This document shows positions 21,269 through 46,213 of a stretch of DNA of 64,000 bases, one piece after another. The stretch spans positions 43,028,001-43,092,000 of the forward strand of contig CM060732.1 of NCBI GenBank assembly GCA_030704615.1, in the 5' to 3' direction. This DNA is from Takakia lepidozioides. Its lineage: Eukaryota; Plantae; Bryophyta. The translations under genes were made by a program, and so were the position numbers. The notes beneath the pieces were generated by a model, which had not been told where the DNA came from, searched no databases, and saw only the letters and a list, made by a program, of their open reading frames with translations. Position 1 is the stretch's first letter. Each line of letters opens with the position of its first letter.

Positions 21269-24227
21269 AAACACAAACGAACGTGATGTGGATGGGCTTC
21301 ACCCCTCGTGTGCACCTGCTTTCCAGCTTCAAGGCCTTTCATCTTGATGCACTTATGCAAGAGACAGACATACGTATCTGAATCTGCTGAAATTCCTCCT
21401 TGGTTTAAAGTTTGTAGAGCCTCTTTCAGTCTGCTTGCCTCACAAAGCATCTTCACATGCCCAGAAGTGCCAGAAGAGGCATTGTGGACTCCCTCTCTTG
21501 ATCCTCTTTCAGAAGTTGTGGTAACGGTATATGCCCATAAATTTGAGCATAGTAATATATGTGCAACACCCGTTGTCAGGAGCTGATGAATCGATGGGGT
21601 GTGATGGCAGCTTGTCACTGAATGTTAAGACTGCACTCTTTATGTTGCGCTAGTTAGTTGACCATTTCCCCATGCAGGTTTCTTGTAGCTATTGATCCAC
21701 AGGGAATCATAGGTCATCTAGAGCTTGAAGTCCGGCCCTGTTGGATGAGTCTGGACCCACACTCTATCCCTGCTCCTTCAGCTATCCATGCCTATGTACA
21801 AATCATGCATACATCCTTGCTTTGCTGCTAGCAGCTGACAATGACAGCCTAGATTTGTTCTAGGAAACACCCAACTCAACTTATCACACTAGTTCCTATG
21901 CTCAATTGCATCTGCTACTCTCTGTAATCCAACAGGCATTTACCTTTTTTGCCTCGATTGTCCCACCATTAACAGGGGTCAGAAAAGTATTCATTCCACA
22001 GCTTCTCGTCTTTGTTACCTGTTTCTGGATACTTTCCTGTTGTCACATTGGCAGTATTCATGTCAGTCATTCCAAACTATCAAAGGTTTAGTCAACCAGC
22101 TAACTTGCAGAATTCAACATGAAAATTTAGGGCTGATTCTGATAACAGGCATCTCAGGGCCTAGTCTGATGAGAGGCAAAAACAGGCTGAAATAGGTCGA
22201 AGAAGAGGGTACCGTCACCATATTGCGTGAAACCCCTCCGCGCTCAAGAATGTCGGGTGGCTCAATTCTGGCTTTGATAATATCAGCATGGAGCTTTTTG
22301 GCCTTTTCCAGGTCTGCTAGGCTGGCACATGCATCGAGAACGGAAGTGAATGTGACTTTGTCCGGTACCCACCCTTCCCATATCATTTGCTCATAGGTCT
22401 CCAAGGCCTCCTGACCACACCCTTGCTGAGCATATCCTGCAATCATCGCACTCCATGAAACCACATCTCGTCCAGCCATATTGACGAAAACTCGACGGGC
22501 CTCCTTCATGCTCCCGCACTTGGCATAGATGGCAGCAAGGGCAGCCTCTAGAATGATATCTGGTGCAATTCCAGCTTTCAAAATGTCAGCTTGGACCTGT
22601 TTTCCCTTTTCCAGGGCACCTATGCTGGCACACGCTGCTGAGAGCAGAAACGAACGTGACCTTGGTGGGCGTCACCCCTTCACGTACCATTGGTCAAAGG
22701 TTCCACATTCTGTGTGCTGCTTGTGTCTGTAGTCAGGTAATGCCAGATTGGTCTGTGAGAACCACCACGGTGCAGAAAGAGATTGAAACACGGCGTAAGA
22801 CCAAGCTGACTCTTCCAAGAACCTTGTAAACGCGATCAAGAACGTGGGGGCATCATCTATCCGGGTTTTTTTCCCAGTTATTTTCGGGCAGATTGGGCAG
22901 GGCCCAAAGAAATTGACGACGTACGAAACGTGGCGACGACACGTGGCGACGATGATGTGGCACTATGGCACCCTATTCCTGCTCTACGCTAAACTAGCTC
23001 TCGACCATCGGTCGTCGCTAGAATAAGGCAGGGCTTGCATGTATTCCATGCATTTGTTGATCATTACTGAAGGAAAAACTTAAAACCCTTACAAGCCCGA
23101 AGGCTGCCATGAGGCCAAGACAGGGGGAAGACCGTGTTGGAGAACCCAAAAGACTGATATCGCAGGAACAGTAACCCAGAAGTGAGAACACTTTGGAGGG
23201 TGACACTAATCAAGAGGCAGTCCGCAGTTACAGTGACGAGCAGAAGCTGCAAAGGGAGCAGTAACGACCAATAATCCTGAACTAGAATGAGAGACTCGCA
23301 TGAGCTTCTGTAACCCTAAGGAGAAGGAAGGAGTCTTGTGGGGTGCAAGGAGCTCACAAGGAGCCTGAGTCTATTGGGAGGGACAGACATTATTCCATAG
23401 ATGAATAGACTATGGTAACGTAGCTTAGTCTTAGTGGCAATCTTTATGTGTTTCTAATTGATACTAGACTTGTCAAACACTGTGGATGCCAAAGAGGAGG
23501 GACCAACAATTCCTCCATTGCAATAGGATTTGCTCTGGCCAGATGCAAGAGTCAGTCGTAGTGCAACTGCATATGAGGCCCTGTCTTCCCCAAGTGGGAA
23601 AGGAATGGGATTCGTTGTTTGAGAAATGGAACGGTCCCAATGCTTTCAATCAAGTTGGGAACTTGGTCCTCATAGACTATTGATTGAGTCCATCCACGTA
23701 TAGATACCTCTAATTCTTCATTGGTACGTTTTTTCTTAAGGCTTGTGCAATGGGCCATCCCATTCCATGCAAGAAACCCCAAATCCACTTTGCCCTTTGC
23801 TTGCTCATCTCTCTCACCTGCCAGATTGTCATTGGCATTAGAGTAGATACTTTGGTAGAGCAGATCATCCTGCAGATGCTGCAGCTTTGGATTCAGTTGA
23901 GAATCCAACGAAAACTGCGTGTTGAAGTGAAATCATGAGGCCACTGGCTGGCAGGCTTATGCGTTTAGGGGTTAGTTAATGGCAAGGACAAAAACACTTG
24001 AGATCTGTTGACTCAAACCATCACCCAGAGTACACATGATTTGTTTGAACCAAGAATGAGACGGCCCTTACCTTGACAAGGACAATGTCCCATTACAAAC
24101 AGCAGCAGTTTAACCATCTAAAATTTGTTGACTCCATGACAACCTTTGATTCTTTGCGGATATGTGCACTCTTTCTACATAATACCAGCTGAAAATGCTA
24201 TATGTTTAGTGCAAAATTCTTCAGAAG

Positions 24228-24307
24228 TGCGGCCACTCGGATTCGAACCGAGATGTGCTAGCACTGCATCCTAAGAGAAGCGGGTCTACCAATTTCACCA
24301 TGGCGGC
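24228..24307 (-). pseudogene. trnL-UAG: Plastid-type trnL-UAG copy (NUPT), degenerate
   Basis: GCCGCCATGGTGAAATTGGTAGACCCGCTTCTCTTAGGATGCAGTGCTAGCACATCTCGGTTCGAATCCGAGTGGCCGCA (80 nt) matches the land-plant plastid trnL-UAG as recalled. It has a C-C mismatch in the acceptor stem and two mismatches in the anticodon stem. Confidence 0.85.
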
Positions 24308-24334
24308 TTGCCATCTGAATATCAAGTAGAAGTA

Positions 24335-24465
24335 TGTGCGCCTCTCGAAGGACGCAAAAATTAACTTATGGTGTCTCTTAAGGTGTCATCTTTGTGCAAC
24401 CAATGATGAACCTACCAACTTCCAAGGTGGTATCTACGCATTACCACTGGGCTACAATTTGGTTG
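24335..24465 (-). mobile_element. tRNA-headed SINE, copy C (degenerate)
   Basis: Reverse complement CAACCAAATTGTAGCCCAGTGGTAATGCG..GACACCATAAGTTAA matches copy A. Confidence 0.7.
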
Positions 24466-24956
24466 TGGATAATAAAGGGTGCAAGGGTCACAATATCAGG
24501 TGGCCCTTCGGAAACAATACCCAGTTGTTTCTCATTGTTCGCTGGCGTTCTCTCAACTTCCACCAGCAAGTGTTTTTCACATGCAAATGGGGACACTCCA
24601 CCCTTCTTTGAAGGGACCCGAGATTAAATGCTGGCATTGAGATTTTGAGTCAATTTGCTGGTGTATAAATGTGGGTGGCAGCCATCACCAAAACCTAATG
24701 AAGAAAATATCTTCCAAAGCATGCGATACATTTCAAGAGAATGTACTCCATCTGAATTACATGCAGACATCATTTTATTCAAAACTTTTGTACATCCTCT
24801 TTTACATTACCAGCAAGTAAAAGGAACTACAAAGATACTTGCAAGAAATGTTTGTCCTTCGTTATCAATGACTAGTCACCAAGTATCTCAAGTCTATCAA
24901 AAGGTAATGTACAAGCCTTTGGCGAGGGCATCATTCAAAGCTCAAAACAATGATGC

Positions 24957-38152
<13,196 letters not shown>

Positions 38153-38656
38153 GCTGCTCCTGAGCTCAGCACAGTATTTTGTCGCAAGCTTCTACCTTTC
38201 CCTTTGCACCAAACCTACAGGGGACCTACAGGGTTTAAGACCGGGTTTCAACAAGCTCCAAACCCTTCACAACAAGAGCAATCTCGACCCTTACTGCAGC
38301 CAGAAAAAAATGACTTCAGCCGGTTGACATGAAGGGTGATACAGAAACCTCGCACTAAAGAGAAGGGGAAGGCGGGGTTGAGAGCACCGCCACAGGCAAG
38401 CCCCCAGGGCAGAGCTTGTTGTTTGCCGACATGGAGGCAACGCTCGGCCCGCAAACCTAGTCTGCCCAAGCTCCGTGCCTCGAGTTTAGCCAACGTATGG
38501 CACTGCAGTTTTGCCAAGGAGAAGGCAGATGGATGAAATATAGGCATGAACGTATGAACCATATCCATCCACGGGCCGAATGTGGATGGACCCTCCAAAA
38601 CATCAAGGACATGCAGGGATACATCAATGATAGTATCATATCCTATGGACTGTTCT

Positions 38657-38800
38657 TTTTTTTTTTTTTTTTTTTGAGAACAGGGGACAGACTCACTCGC
38701 CCTAGGCTTAATTTTATTAATAAAAGATGGAAAAAATAACCTCATATTCATCCCTGAGGATGAGAAAGGGGACACTGCCCCCTGACCTAAAACACCAAAG
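38657..38800 (-). mobile_element. Non-LTR family C short 3' end with poly-A
   Basis: Reverse complement GGTCAGGGGGCAGTGTCCCCTTTCTCATCCTC..GAGGTTATTTTTTCC..AATAAAA..poly-A. Matches 10205-10266 and 40950-41003. Confidence 0.7.
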
Positions 38801-38869
38801 ACCAAACTGTAGAAAGGATTTCTGGGGAGTGGGGAGTGGGGTTTTTTTTTTCTTTTTTTTAAATGATAT

Positions 38870-39200
38870 TTTGTGAGTAATGTGGTGTTCCTGGCCTGGT
38901 GCCAGCCAGTTTCCAACGGTGTTGTTTTGGTATCAGGTATAGGATACCAGACTGGTCCTGGTACTAGACGTATCACAAAACCACGTATCACGTACCACCT
39001 TTGTGACTATTTTTTAATTAATTTGATTAAAAGGGCCTCCGTCCCCTTTCATTTAAAAAAATAAAAAATAAAAAAAACTTCCATACCAATCTGGTCTATA
39101 TAATGGTGAAAATGTTTTTCTTCTTAAAAAAAAAGTATGAGTATCATGACCACAATACCAGCTGGTATGAGATATCAATTCCGGTATCATTCCAAAGCCA
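38870..39200. repeat. Degenerate GGTAT/ATACC-rich element related to the hAT MITE at 4819-5600
   Basis: Shared ATACCAGACTGGT and GGTATCA motifs. No intact termini seen. Confidence 0.45.
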
Positions 39201-39297
39201 TCTTGAATTACAAGTTTATCAAATAGCAAGATGACAACAAATACAATACACATAAAGAAGAAAATATACATAAGTACTGTTGTGTACACATGCATTA

Positions 39298-40560
39298 AGA
39301 TTCATTCACACCCAGTGATAAGCCCGATTATAACTCCCTCCGTTCATACCACGCCATAAGTAAGTGACGTGGCACCGCTTATTCATAAGCTTATCTCGAC
39401 CGTTATCGTCGTTGTTAACGCTATTAGCGGGGCCACTCGATCTTCCATTTTTGTAGATTTATGATCATATCAACAGCGGTAAACTAGCATTTTGAAATCC
39501 TTATGAGTAAAGTACCAATCTCTCTCCCGTCGTTACCCCTGTGCACGCACTGCAAGCTCCTCCGAGCTCCAAGCTTCACGAAACGCTGTAGCTCAAGGGG
39601 ATCCATGGCAACTCAAGGGGACTCAAGTGCATCATGAGCTTTAGTGCCAGCACGAGGAAGAGGCATCACTAGAAGAGGATGCGGAAGAGGCGTTGCAGGA
39701 GCAGGACCTAGTCGTCAGCGACAAACTAACTGGGATCATGCCGAAGTTATAGCCCTAATCAAATGCAAGCATGCTGAACACGCCGCACAGAAAGAACTCG
39801 TGGATCCTAGGGCACATATGTTATCCGCTCCACAACGATGGGAAAAGATTGCTGAAGAGCTTCAAAAGATTACAAAGAGCAGAATGTCACGCAATGGAAA
39901 AATGTATAAAGATAAATGGAATGGCCTCAACTCAGATTACAAAATCTCTCGGATTATCACAAGGGATCTGGCCACAACACGTGCTACTGGGATTTGACAA
40001 TTGATGAATGGGACAAGTTCTACCTCTCTCGACAATTTAACAAGAAACTCTACGAGGCTATCTAGGCCTTCCAAGGTGAACGCATTATCAATGCGCCAGT
40101 GCACGTTCGAGATGTGTATGCTGAAGGTGATGGCAATTATGCACCACCATTAGTAGAAGCGAACAATCAAGATGAAGAAGATTCAGTCGTAGCTCCTAGA
40201 TTATCACTCATGAGAGACTTTCTCGGTGAGGATTTTGTGCCTGAAGAGCGGGGAGAGCGAGTATTTGAGCGGATACCGGAAGAACAACAAGGAAGAGTTG
40301 TGGTTAACTTGTATGACTATTCGGAGACCCAGAACGAATGCCTTGCATTCATAAATTTGACCAGCCAGGTTTCCAACCAATCTCCCGCTGCACCGAGCAC
40401 TCTTGTTCCCGGAAGCATCGGTGTAAAACGCAAACGAACAAGTGTATTCTCCCCCGAGATTGAAGCTAGCGATAAGAATAGCAAAGTCATAGTAGAGGCT
40501 ATGGATCACTTGAACAACACCCATGTTTTCTTGAAGGCAACAGATCACTTCAATTTCTCT
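39298..40560 (+). pseudogene. Myb/SANT-like (trihelix-type) protein remnant, probably from a PIF/Harbinger transposon
   Basis: NWDHAEVIALIKCK..RWEKIAEEL..RNGKMYKDKWNGLNSDYK, frameshift, KISDYHKGSGHNTCYWDL..FNKKLYEAI*. Upstream TTA-AGATTCATTCACACC resembles a Harbinger terminus with a TTA target. The second terminus and transposase were not found. Confidence 0.65.
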
Positions 40561-40589
40561 TTTACTTACAATCTCCCAAACGTACTCCA

Positions 40590-41007
40590 AGTGGAGTTAG
40601 ATGCGCGGAGGGAAGGCGAGTGCAACTATTCACTGGCTTTGATAACTCTTGGGGAAAAGACGGGCAATTGTGCAGAAGAACAAGGGAATCAACAGCAAGG
40701 GAATCAACAATTATCTGGCACAACTGCCTCTTGGCAGCTCCACTAGTGCACAGCAGTCGGCTGAGCGATATTAATCTGATGTTAATTGGCGCCACAAGAC
40801 GCGGAGGAAGGGCAAATCCAAAGCCCACCTCTCCTTCGACTCTACTAGACGCTGAATCGACATCGCCTAGTCTCTTAGTTTTTTCTCCATTCTAGATTCG
40901 GGACCTTCTTCCATAGTTCTTCGTAGCGTAATTGGGTTACTGGCTACGGGGGAGTGTCCCCTTTTTCATCCTCATGGTCTGTAATCTGAGGTTATTTTTT
41001 CCTCTCT
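40590..41007 (+). mobile_element. Non-LTR family C (L1-like) ORF2 C-terminus and 3' UTR
   Basis: FDNSWGKDGQLCRR..IIWH resembles plant L1 ORF2 ends. The 3' part is shared with the copies at ~10.2-10.65 kb and ~38.7 kb. Confidence 0.6.
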
Positions 41008-41228
41008 AAAAGGGGACATTGCCCGGTAGCCAGTAACCCAATTACGCTACGAAGAACTATGGAAGAAGGTCCCGAATCTAGAATGGAGAAAAAACGACTA
41101 GGCGATGTCGATTCAGCGTCTAGTAGAGTCGAAGGAGAGGTGGGCTTTGGATTTGCCCTTCCTCTGCGGTGCGCTTGTGGCGCCAATTAACATCAGATTC
41201 CTCTGGCTCAGCCGACTGCTGCACACTA
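40744..41228. repeat. Fold-back hairpin: ~220-bp arms (40744-40965 / 41008-41228), 42-nt loop
   Basis: Two ~70-bp perfectly complementary blocks (40804-40872, 40878-40947) are separated by a 5-nt bulge. ORFs 40620..40895(+) and 40992..41186(-) share GRANPKPTSPSTLLDAESTSPS. Confidence 0.95.
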
Positions 41229-41867
41229 TCCAATGATGCTTAAGATTGGCCTTCTTATGCTGATTTAACACGGTAAGTACCAAGCTGCCATCGGCCCATC
41301 GGCCTTAAAAAAAGGTAAAAATAAAAATAAGGGCTCGTTTTTAAAAAACAAATTTGTGTGCAGAGCTTGGTCTTAGGGGAGCGGGAGAGATGGCGAAATG
41401 TGGCGAAAGTGAGAGGGTGCCCTATCTGCTGCGGAGCATCGCTCGCGCTATCAATTTCCCGCTCTGGTAGCGTGGCCCTCTGGCCTTGTAGGATTTCTGA
41501 GATTTGCACGAGTGTGGTGGCTCGCTCTGTTGATTGTGCTTTGTTTTGGATGCTTCTTGTCTCGAGTGCGTAGATTTTATTTTATTTTTTTTCTTAAGAA
41601 GTTTTTCTTAGATTTTTAGTTACAGTCAAGTGTGAATCATGTGCTGGGAGAGGAAGAAGAAGGAGACAATGGTGCGGGTTGAATGGTAGCAGAAGCAGCC
41701 TTCTATGTGGCAGGCCGCTTGGGCGGGGTTAGAGGCTGCACTGGAGCTTTGTACATGGCAACTTTGTTTGCAGAACATACAGAAATGGAGCTGTAGAGCC
41801 ACGAAGGGCGAGAGGGTGGTGCCTTGGTTCCGCGGCCCTCTCTTGGCAACAGCCCCGTGAGAGGAGC

Positions 41868-44749
41868 ATGGAGGCAGCAGGAAGCGGGGATTTTGCGGTA
41901 GGATGTCACTTGGCCATAAAGACAACACTCGGCGACGACATTGAGGGTCATGTGTTAACATATGATAAATCCAGCAATATTGTCGTTATTCATATCCTCT
42001 CTTCCACCCTCTATACCTGCTTGGGTGCCCTGTCATGGATGCGTAAGTGTTTGGTGCCTTAGGGTTTTATTTCTTTGCAGTCAGTAAGAGTAGTCGTGTG
42101 TAAGTGTTAAGCTTACTCACATCGAGCTGATGGATATCATGCTCCAAAGCCATAGAGTCTCATCTGAGTTGTTCAATGCAGCTTATCTTTTATGATCTTT
42201 TAGTGAAGAGTGTAAACTGGAAAAAAAACAGAAGATTTTCTGGAGGAGTGTCTGTTACCTACTGATTGCCTTACTGCACATTTGAGCTAGGCATGTGGAT
42301 TTTATGCAGGTGTCGTCTACTATTCACACGCTATTAAAGCATGAGATTAGGAACAGTTGGCCAATGCAGCACCTGCTGGAAGGTGGAACTTTTGACTCAA
42401 ATCCTAGGGACCATCCGAAAATCCCAATTAGATATACCTACGCAGAGATGAAGCTTTCATGTGTCTGGTGTTGCCGGTGCCGGGATTTTTCCCTTACAGC
42501 AATAGAATTCATGCAGAGCTAGGTGGGGATGTTTTAAGTTGTCGCAAAAGAATGTTGGATTTAAGCTTGGGTCAGGGCATGATGTGGGAAGTTCTGTTGC
42601 AAAATCCAGTGATCTTGATCTGTGCAGACAAATAGATTATGTTCTATCCAGTTGCGAGCTATAGTGATCATACTCCCTCATCTGCAGATTAATCTTGTAC
42701 TGCTACAACATTGGAATCTCTAAAACCTAAGAATGTCGGTCAAGCACTGTGTCTCACTTGATCTTTTTCATGCGTTATTTCACAATATGACTGCATAGAC
42801 AAGAAGTATCGAGCAGGAAGGATGGACATAGCAGTAGACCTTGGTCACCTTGACAAGGACCAACAGGAAAATGGCAACACTGGAGCCCGTCGGAATTTGC
42901 GGTTTTTGAAGGCAAACTTCATTAAGGAGCTGAAGCTGCTGGGACAATCAGAGGAGCTGTGCGAGTTGCAAAATCCCTACCTTGACATCACCAGTCTGCG
43001 CGCTCGAGAAGAAGCTGCCATCAGGTTTTTCTCTTGGTTCACTTTTTTGTCTGAATTTCTCTCTACCAGGATGAAAAGGCCTTATATACCGGTTGACTTT
43101 TATATTGGACTGATCATGGAACAAACGTTTTAGAATCATGAGCTGATGAGATTGATGGTGGAATTACTGCAGCTTGTCATTGTCACACATGATGAGTAGA
43201 TGGTTCGAGGCTTTTAATTCACAGCACAATGTTAAGACTGCACTCTCTATGTTGTACTACTTTAGGTTTTGACTTGGACCGTTGCAGTATCTCTTTGGGT
43301 CACGTAATGTCCCTATGGATTTGTTACTCTGTATGGATATAGGGGAGGTGGGTTACAATCAGGACATTGAGAGTGTACCAATCACCAAAGGGCACCGATT
43401 TGGAGATTTACTTTTATCAGAACAGAAATACAAGCTGAATTTGGAAATCAGTTGCATTTCTAGGGAGTGCACTATAGAAGCTGCATGTTACAGGTGGCAT
43501 GTTTGCGTGGTTTTGCAGGCAAGCAGAAGCAGAGGCAGAGAGGATTGGAGTGGGAGTCACACAAGAGGCCCAAGATATTTTTGATGCCCTATCTAAGACG
43601 TTCGTCCCCATCCTGTACACTGCCTTTTGATAGTCGCAGATGGAGGAGAGAGGCCTTGCTGCTATATCCTTGGGGCCAAGAACTGCCCAGTTTCGTTGGA
43701 GCACTCACATGCATCTAGGATAATACAGGGTGTTCTGGAGTAGGCTCCTCCTCATGGTCTATGGTCTGTTAATCTAAGCTGACTTTCACTGGGTGCCTCT
43801 TGAGATTCGACCATCAACTGTTGCTAGTCTAGATTCAGTGTGGAGAGGGATCTTATGTGGAATGCGTGATGGAACAGGCTGCCAGTACGGTGGGAGAAGA
43901 CTGCAATATTGGTGATGAATGAAGTGCGTGTGAGCCATCCCTACCTTCCTGACAATGTCACTGGTGGTCCCTCTGCTGCCAACGAGCGTGTCAAAAAAGT
44001 GGTGTGCAATCTCGATCCCTTTGCCTTGAATGGTCTCAAGTTATGTTTGTAAAGCTATGGTATGCATCTTACCAGGGCTATGATAACAACGGTATAGCAG
44101 CTAAACTCTAATCTTTCCTCCCCTCCCCACCAACCTAATGCTTACAGAAGAGAACTGGGGAAGATTTCTGTTCAAACGCTGTAAACAGAAGCCCTATGCA
44201 GGTTGCAAATGCCAAGTAGAACTGAAAGTGGTAGTTGCAAAGGGTTGCCAATAAGGTGTTGCAACTCAGTTCATAGGCCTGCCAGTCCTTGTCACTAAGT
44301 AGGTTTCTTGGATCTTAAGCTCAGCACCACCTAAAGTCACTGTGCTGTGACTGACTGTATTACATATTCAAGATTTATGCAATGAGTGGAACGCCTTCCT
44401 CTTCATAACAAGCTGCTAACCTAACAAACTGTATCCAAACATGCTTGTGAAAGTTTCACCAACTGGTCCCTGCGTAATTCTCACACAATTCTTACCATGA
44501 TTGTGACTGGACTGGGAGGTTTTTATACTGTCAGGTTCTAAGGCTAAAAGGTACTCAATATTACCACACGTTAGTACTTAGTACCTGAATAGGGCATTAC
44601 GTAATTAGCATGGCATTTCTACTGTCGGTGTCTTTTGAGTAGGAGGAAACAGGATGCAGATTGCACTTCTCAACATCTGGTTGTTGATGTGGATGGACTT
44701 GCAGCTGGATTTTGAGAGGAAGAGGTTACAAGTGCGAGGAACTGGCTAA
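41868..44749 (+). CDS. LSM12: LSM12-family protein (Sm-like plus anticodon-binding domain), 5 exons, 177 aa
   Basis: Exons 41868-41991, 42865-43024, 43519-43599, 43878-44001, 44705-44749 (534 nt) give [78 protein letters not shown]. Confidence 0.92.
41992..42864 (+). other. U12-type (minor spliceosome) AT-AC intron in LSM12
   Basis: 5' site ATATCCTCT, branch CACCTTGAC at 42846-42854, 3' site CAAC. Removal restores the frame (I-Q-E). Confidence 0.9.
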
Positions 44750-46213
44750 CTCAGGTTGCAGAGGAGGGTCCCTGTCAAGCATCTCGTTTTTGCCAGGGAT
44801 TCCAAAGGGCTGGCTTTGGGCATCCACCTTTTGACCCATTTTGGACGGCCGAAAGTCACGAAGGTGGCTGTTTGAATTTTTGTTGTGCAATTTCAGGGGT
44901 AGTTTGGTAACGCTGATGTATTGCCTTGTGAGCCCTTATATGAGTTATTGGAAATGCTGAGGCCTGTGCTGATTGGCTCCTCCATGTGCTTCCTGTTTTC
45001 CACCTCTTCTTGAAATGAATGTACTTGATGGGGAATGAACCCATTTGAGTAGAGTGAAAGGACCACATGGATAAACCTGCACTGCTTGTGGGATCAGCTG
45101 TAATGGTGTTCTCTTCTTTGGGGTGTCCGGCAGCTTTCCATCAGGGACATTTCATGGACCCGCTGTTCCGGACAAGAACCAAGCAGAATTTCCATTTCAG
45201 GGGATACTCATGTTTGATGACACAGGTGGCATATACAGTTGAGGGAATGATAAGTGAATGCGGTTTTTGAGCACAATTATTTGATTTAACAGCTATTTTC
45301 CACAAGCATAACTGCACCTGTTATGAACAGGTATGATTTTTGGCATGGAAGCAAGCTCATCGATTGGACTGCTTCTAACAGTTCTCTGGGTAAGGCAAGC
45401 AGCTCATGAGCTTCCGAGCGGTGTAGAAGTAGACCTGATGGTGGTCCTGCAGTCCCGGTAACAATAGTGTTCTACATTGAACTGGTTGAGTGAGCAGGTC
45501 AAAACAGGGAAGTGATTGCAGGTTGCAAATGATGAAGATGACAGCTACATGCAGCAGGCGCGGGACCCTACCGAATCCTTGGAACTGGCATGGTTTGTCA
45601 CACAATCATTAGGATAGTACTGAAACAGGGAGCTATGCTATGTTATTTTTAAAAAAAAAATCCTGCACATTTTATGCTTTGCATGTAGTTGGATGTTGGA
45701 AGTGAATGCTTGGTCTATGTCTCATTTTAGACCAAATCTTCAGGAACAAACTTCGTTTCAGCTAAACCCTATTGCAGTTGCAAGGAAGAGATTGGCTTAT
45801 GCTAGCCATAGAAAAGAGAAGCCAAATAATAGCAAGACAAGTGAAACTGAAAAGATGTGGATTGAGCCTGCAATAGACAAGTTTCAAAATACACAAAGAA
45901 AAGATGTGGCAAGGCAGCCAAGTCAATTTACTATGGTTCTTTTCATCAAATTAAATCACACATGACATGGTTCTGAAGTGATAAAAGGATACAACTTTAC
46001 AGGCATGGCAAGCTCAGCTGTTCTGCCCCACTCATTTGTACGTGGAGCAATTCCCCAAAGGTGCATCTTACCAACCCCTGTTTGTTCCAATTGAAATTAG
46101 CCATACTTACCCCAGAGTAATTCAACAAGGTCCACTGCCAGACATCCTCCCAGATGTCCTTTCAAATCTGTTCATCAAGTTGGTGATTTTACAAACACTG
46201 TTTCCATCTGCCT

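Larger units (their letters stand above)
15150..22700 (-). pseudogene. Decayed tandem array of PLS-class PPR(-E-DYW) RNA-editing factor genes
   Basis: More than a dozen complete or partial ~300-nt triplets [35 protein letters not shown] / [35 protein letters not shown] / [31 protein letters not shown]. N-terminal region near 21310-21620. Two P2-L2-S2-E blocks (~16400-16700, ~19450-19860). Many frameshifts, stops and inserts. Confidence 0.92.

Noticed and set aside
23480-23940. L1 reverse-transcriptase remnant (AKWIWGFL-like motif on the minus strand)
   Set aside because: Only one short motif is recognisable, which is too weak to call.
38248-38991. 247-aa minus-strand ORF upstream of PRP8
   Set aside because: It spans MITE and LINE fragments and homopolymer runs, with no protein-like features.
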